A DNA stretch of 64,000 nt from Kiritimatiellia bacterium (GTDB taxonomy: Bacteria > Verrucomicrobiota > Kiritimatiellia > RFP12 > UBA1067): positions 10,327-74,326 of the forward strand of contig JAZLJP010000052.1 in the NCBI GenBank assembly GCA_045617985.1, written 5' to 3'. Both the position numbers and the translations under genes were made by a program. Below the pieces are notes generated by a model, which was not told the origin of the DNA, ran no database searches, and saw nothing but the letters and a program-made list of their open reading frames with translations. The first letter of the stretch is position 1. The number at the start of each line of letters is the position of its first letter. This document shows, in pieces, positions 63,581 through 64,000 of this stretch.

Positions 63581-64000
63581 AACGCTGAACGCCCTGCCAC
63601 CACAAGCCCGTCATCCACGAAAGCAAATGCGAAGGATGGCGCAACTCCAGAAGATGGAAACGACGATATAAGCCCAGCCCCAGACGAACCCTGAAGATCT
63701 TCCGACGAAGAGCTTCAATCCCGAGGCAGAACCGCTTCCGTTCATCCGGATCGTCGGGCAGGCAGTCGAGCGGAAAGATATCGATGAACAACCCCTGATT
63801 GAAATCGAAGAGCGCGCGCCCATTCACCATCTCGTCCTTCAAAATGCCCGTCGTCGACGAATTCCGCAGCTGGGCGTGTCCACGCGCCGAACCGGGATCG
63901 GTCGCGTTCGTCTGCCAGAAATAGGGCGCGCGAAACGCCGTTGGCGCAATCTTGCAAAGCCGCTCATAATCGTCACGCGGCATCAAGAGGTCGATGTCGT
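63581..64000 (-). pseudogene. LicD-family phosphotransferase; start outside the window, C-terminus apparently deleted
   Basis: DIDLLMPRDDYERL; YFWQT; LFIDIFPLD LicD motifs. The frame runs out of frame into the Wzx fragment; no YD.YL...YGDY-type C-terminal motif. Junction position approximate. Confidence 0.7.

Overview
Bacterial chromosomal segment, most consistent with Kiritimatiellia/Verrucomicrobiota (PVC); this taxon is inferred from gene families and repeat style. All supported genes lie on the minus strand, and the long plus-strand ORFs are antisense shadows. Left part (1-38100, visibly high GC): a beta-helix protein; a ~1520-aa surface protein with autotransporter-type repeats but no translocator barrel; a translationally coupled gspL/pilMN-gspM-gspD-mlaE operon followed by a GT-like gene; fmt and lysA; Tat- and Sec-exported CAZymes and oxidoreductases (GH76, GH78, GH5/39-like, GH20); two BatD-like proteins; and a TCAF-like M60 peptidase. 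Intergenic DNA here holds a 6S-like RNA, a REP doublet, short-period tandem repeats and two copies of an unexplained ~58-bp element with compensatory base changes, each just upstream of a sigma70-type promoter. At 38136-39444 a REP-associated tyrosine transposase (RAYT) fused to a winged HTH carries four copies of a perfect 29-31 bp palindrome, one inside its ORF and one supplying its stop codon. Right part (39455-64000, lower GC): a Wzx/Wzy surface-polysaccharide locus with a CapK-like ligase / carboxyethyl-ornithine-synthase-like opine dehydrogenase / ATP-grasp / acyltransferase cassette, and at least five lesions (amber stop, frameshifts, two deletion junctions). No databases were searched; all family calls come from recognised motifs.
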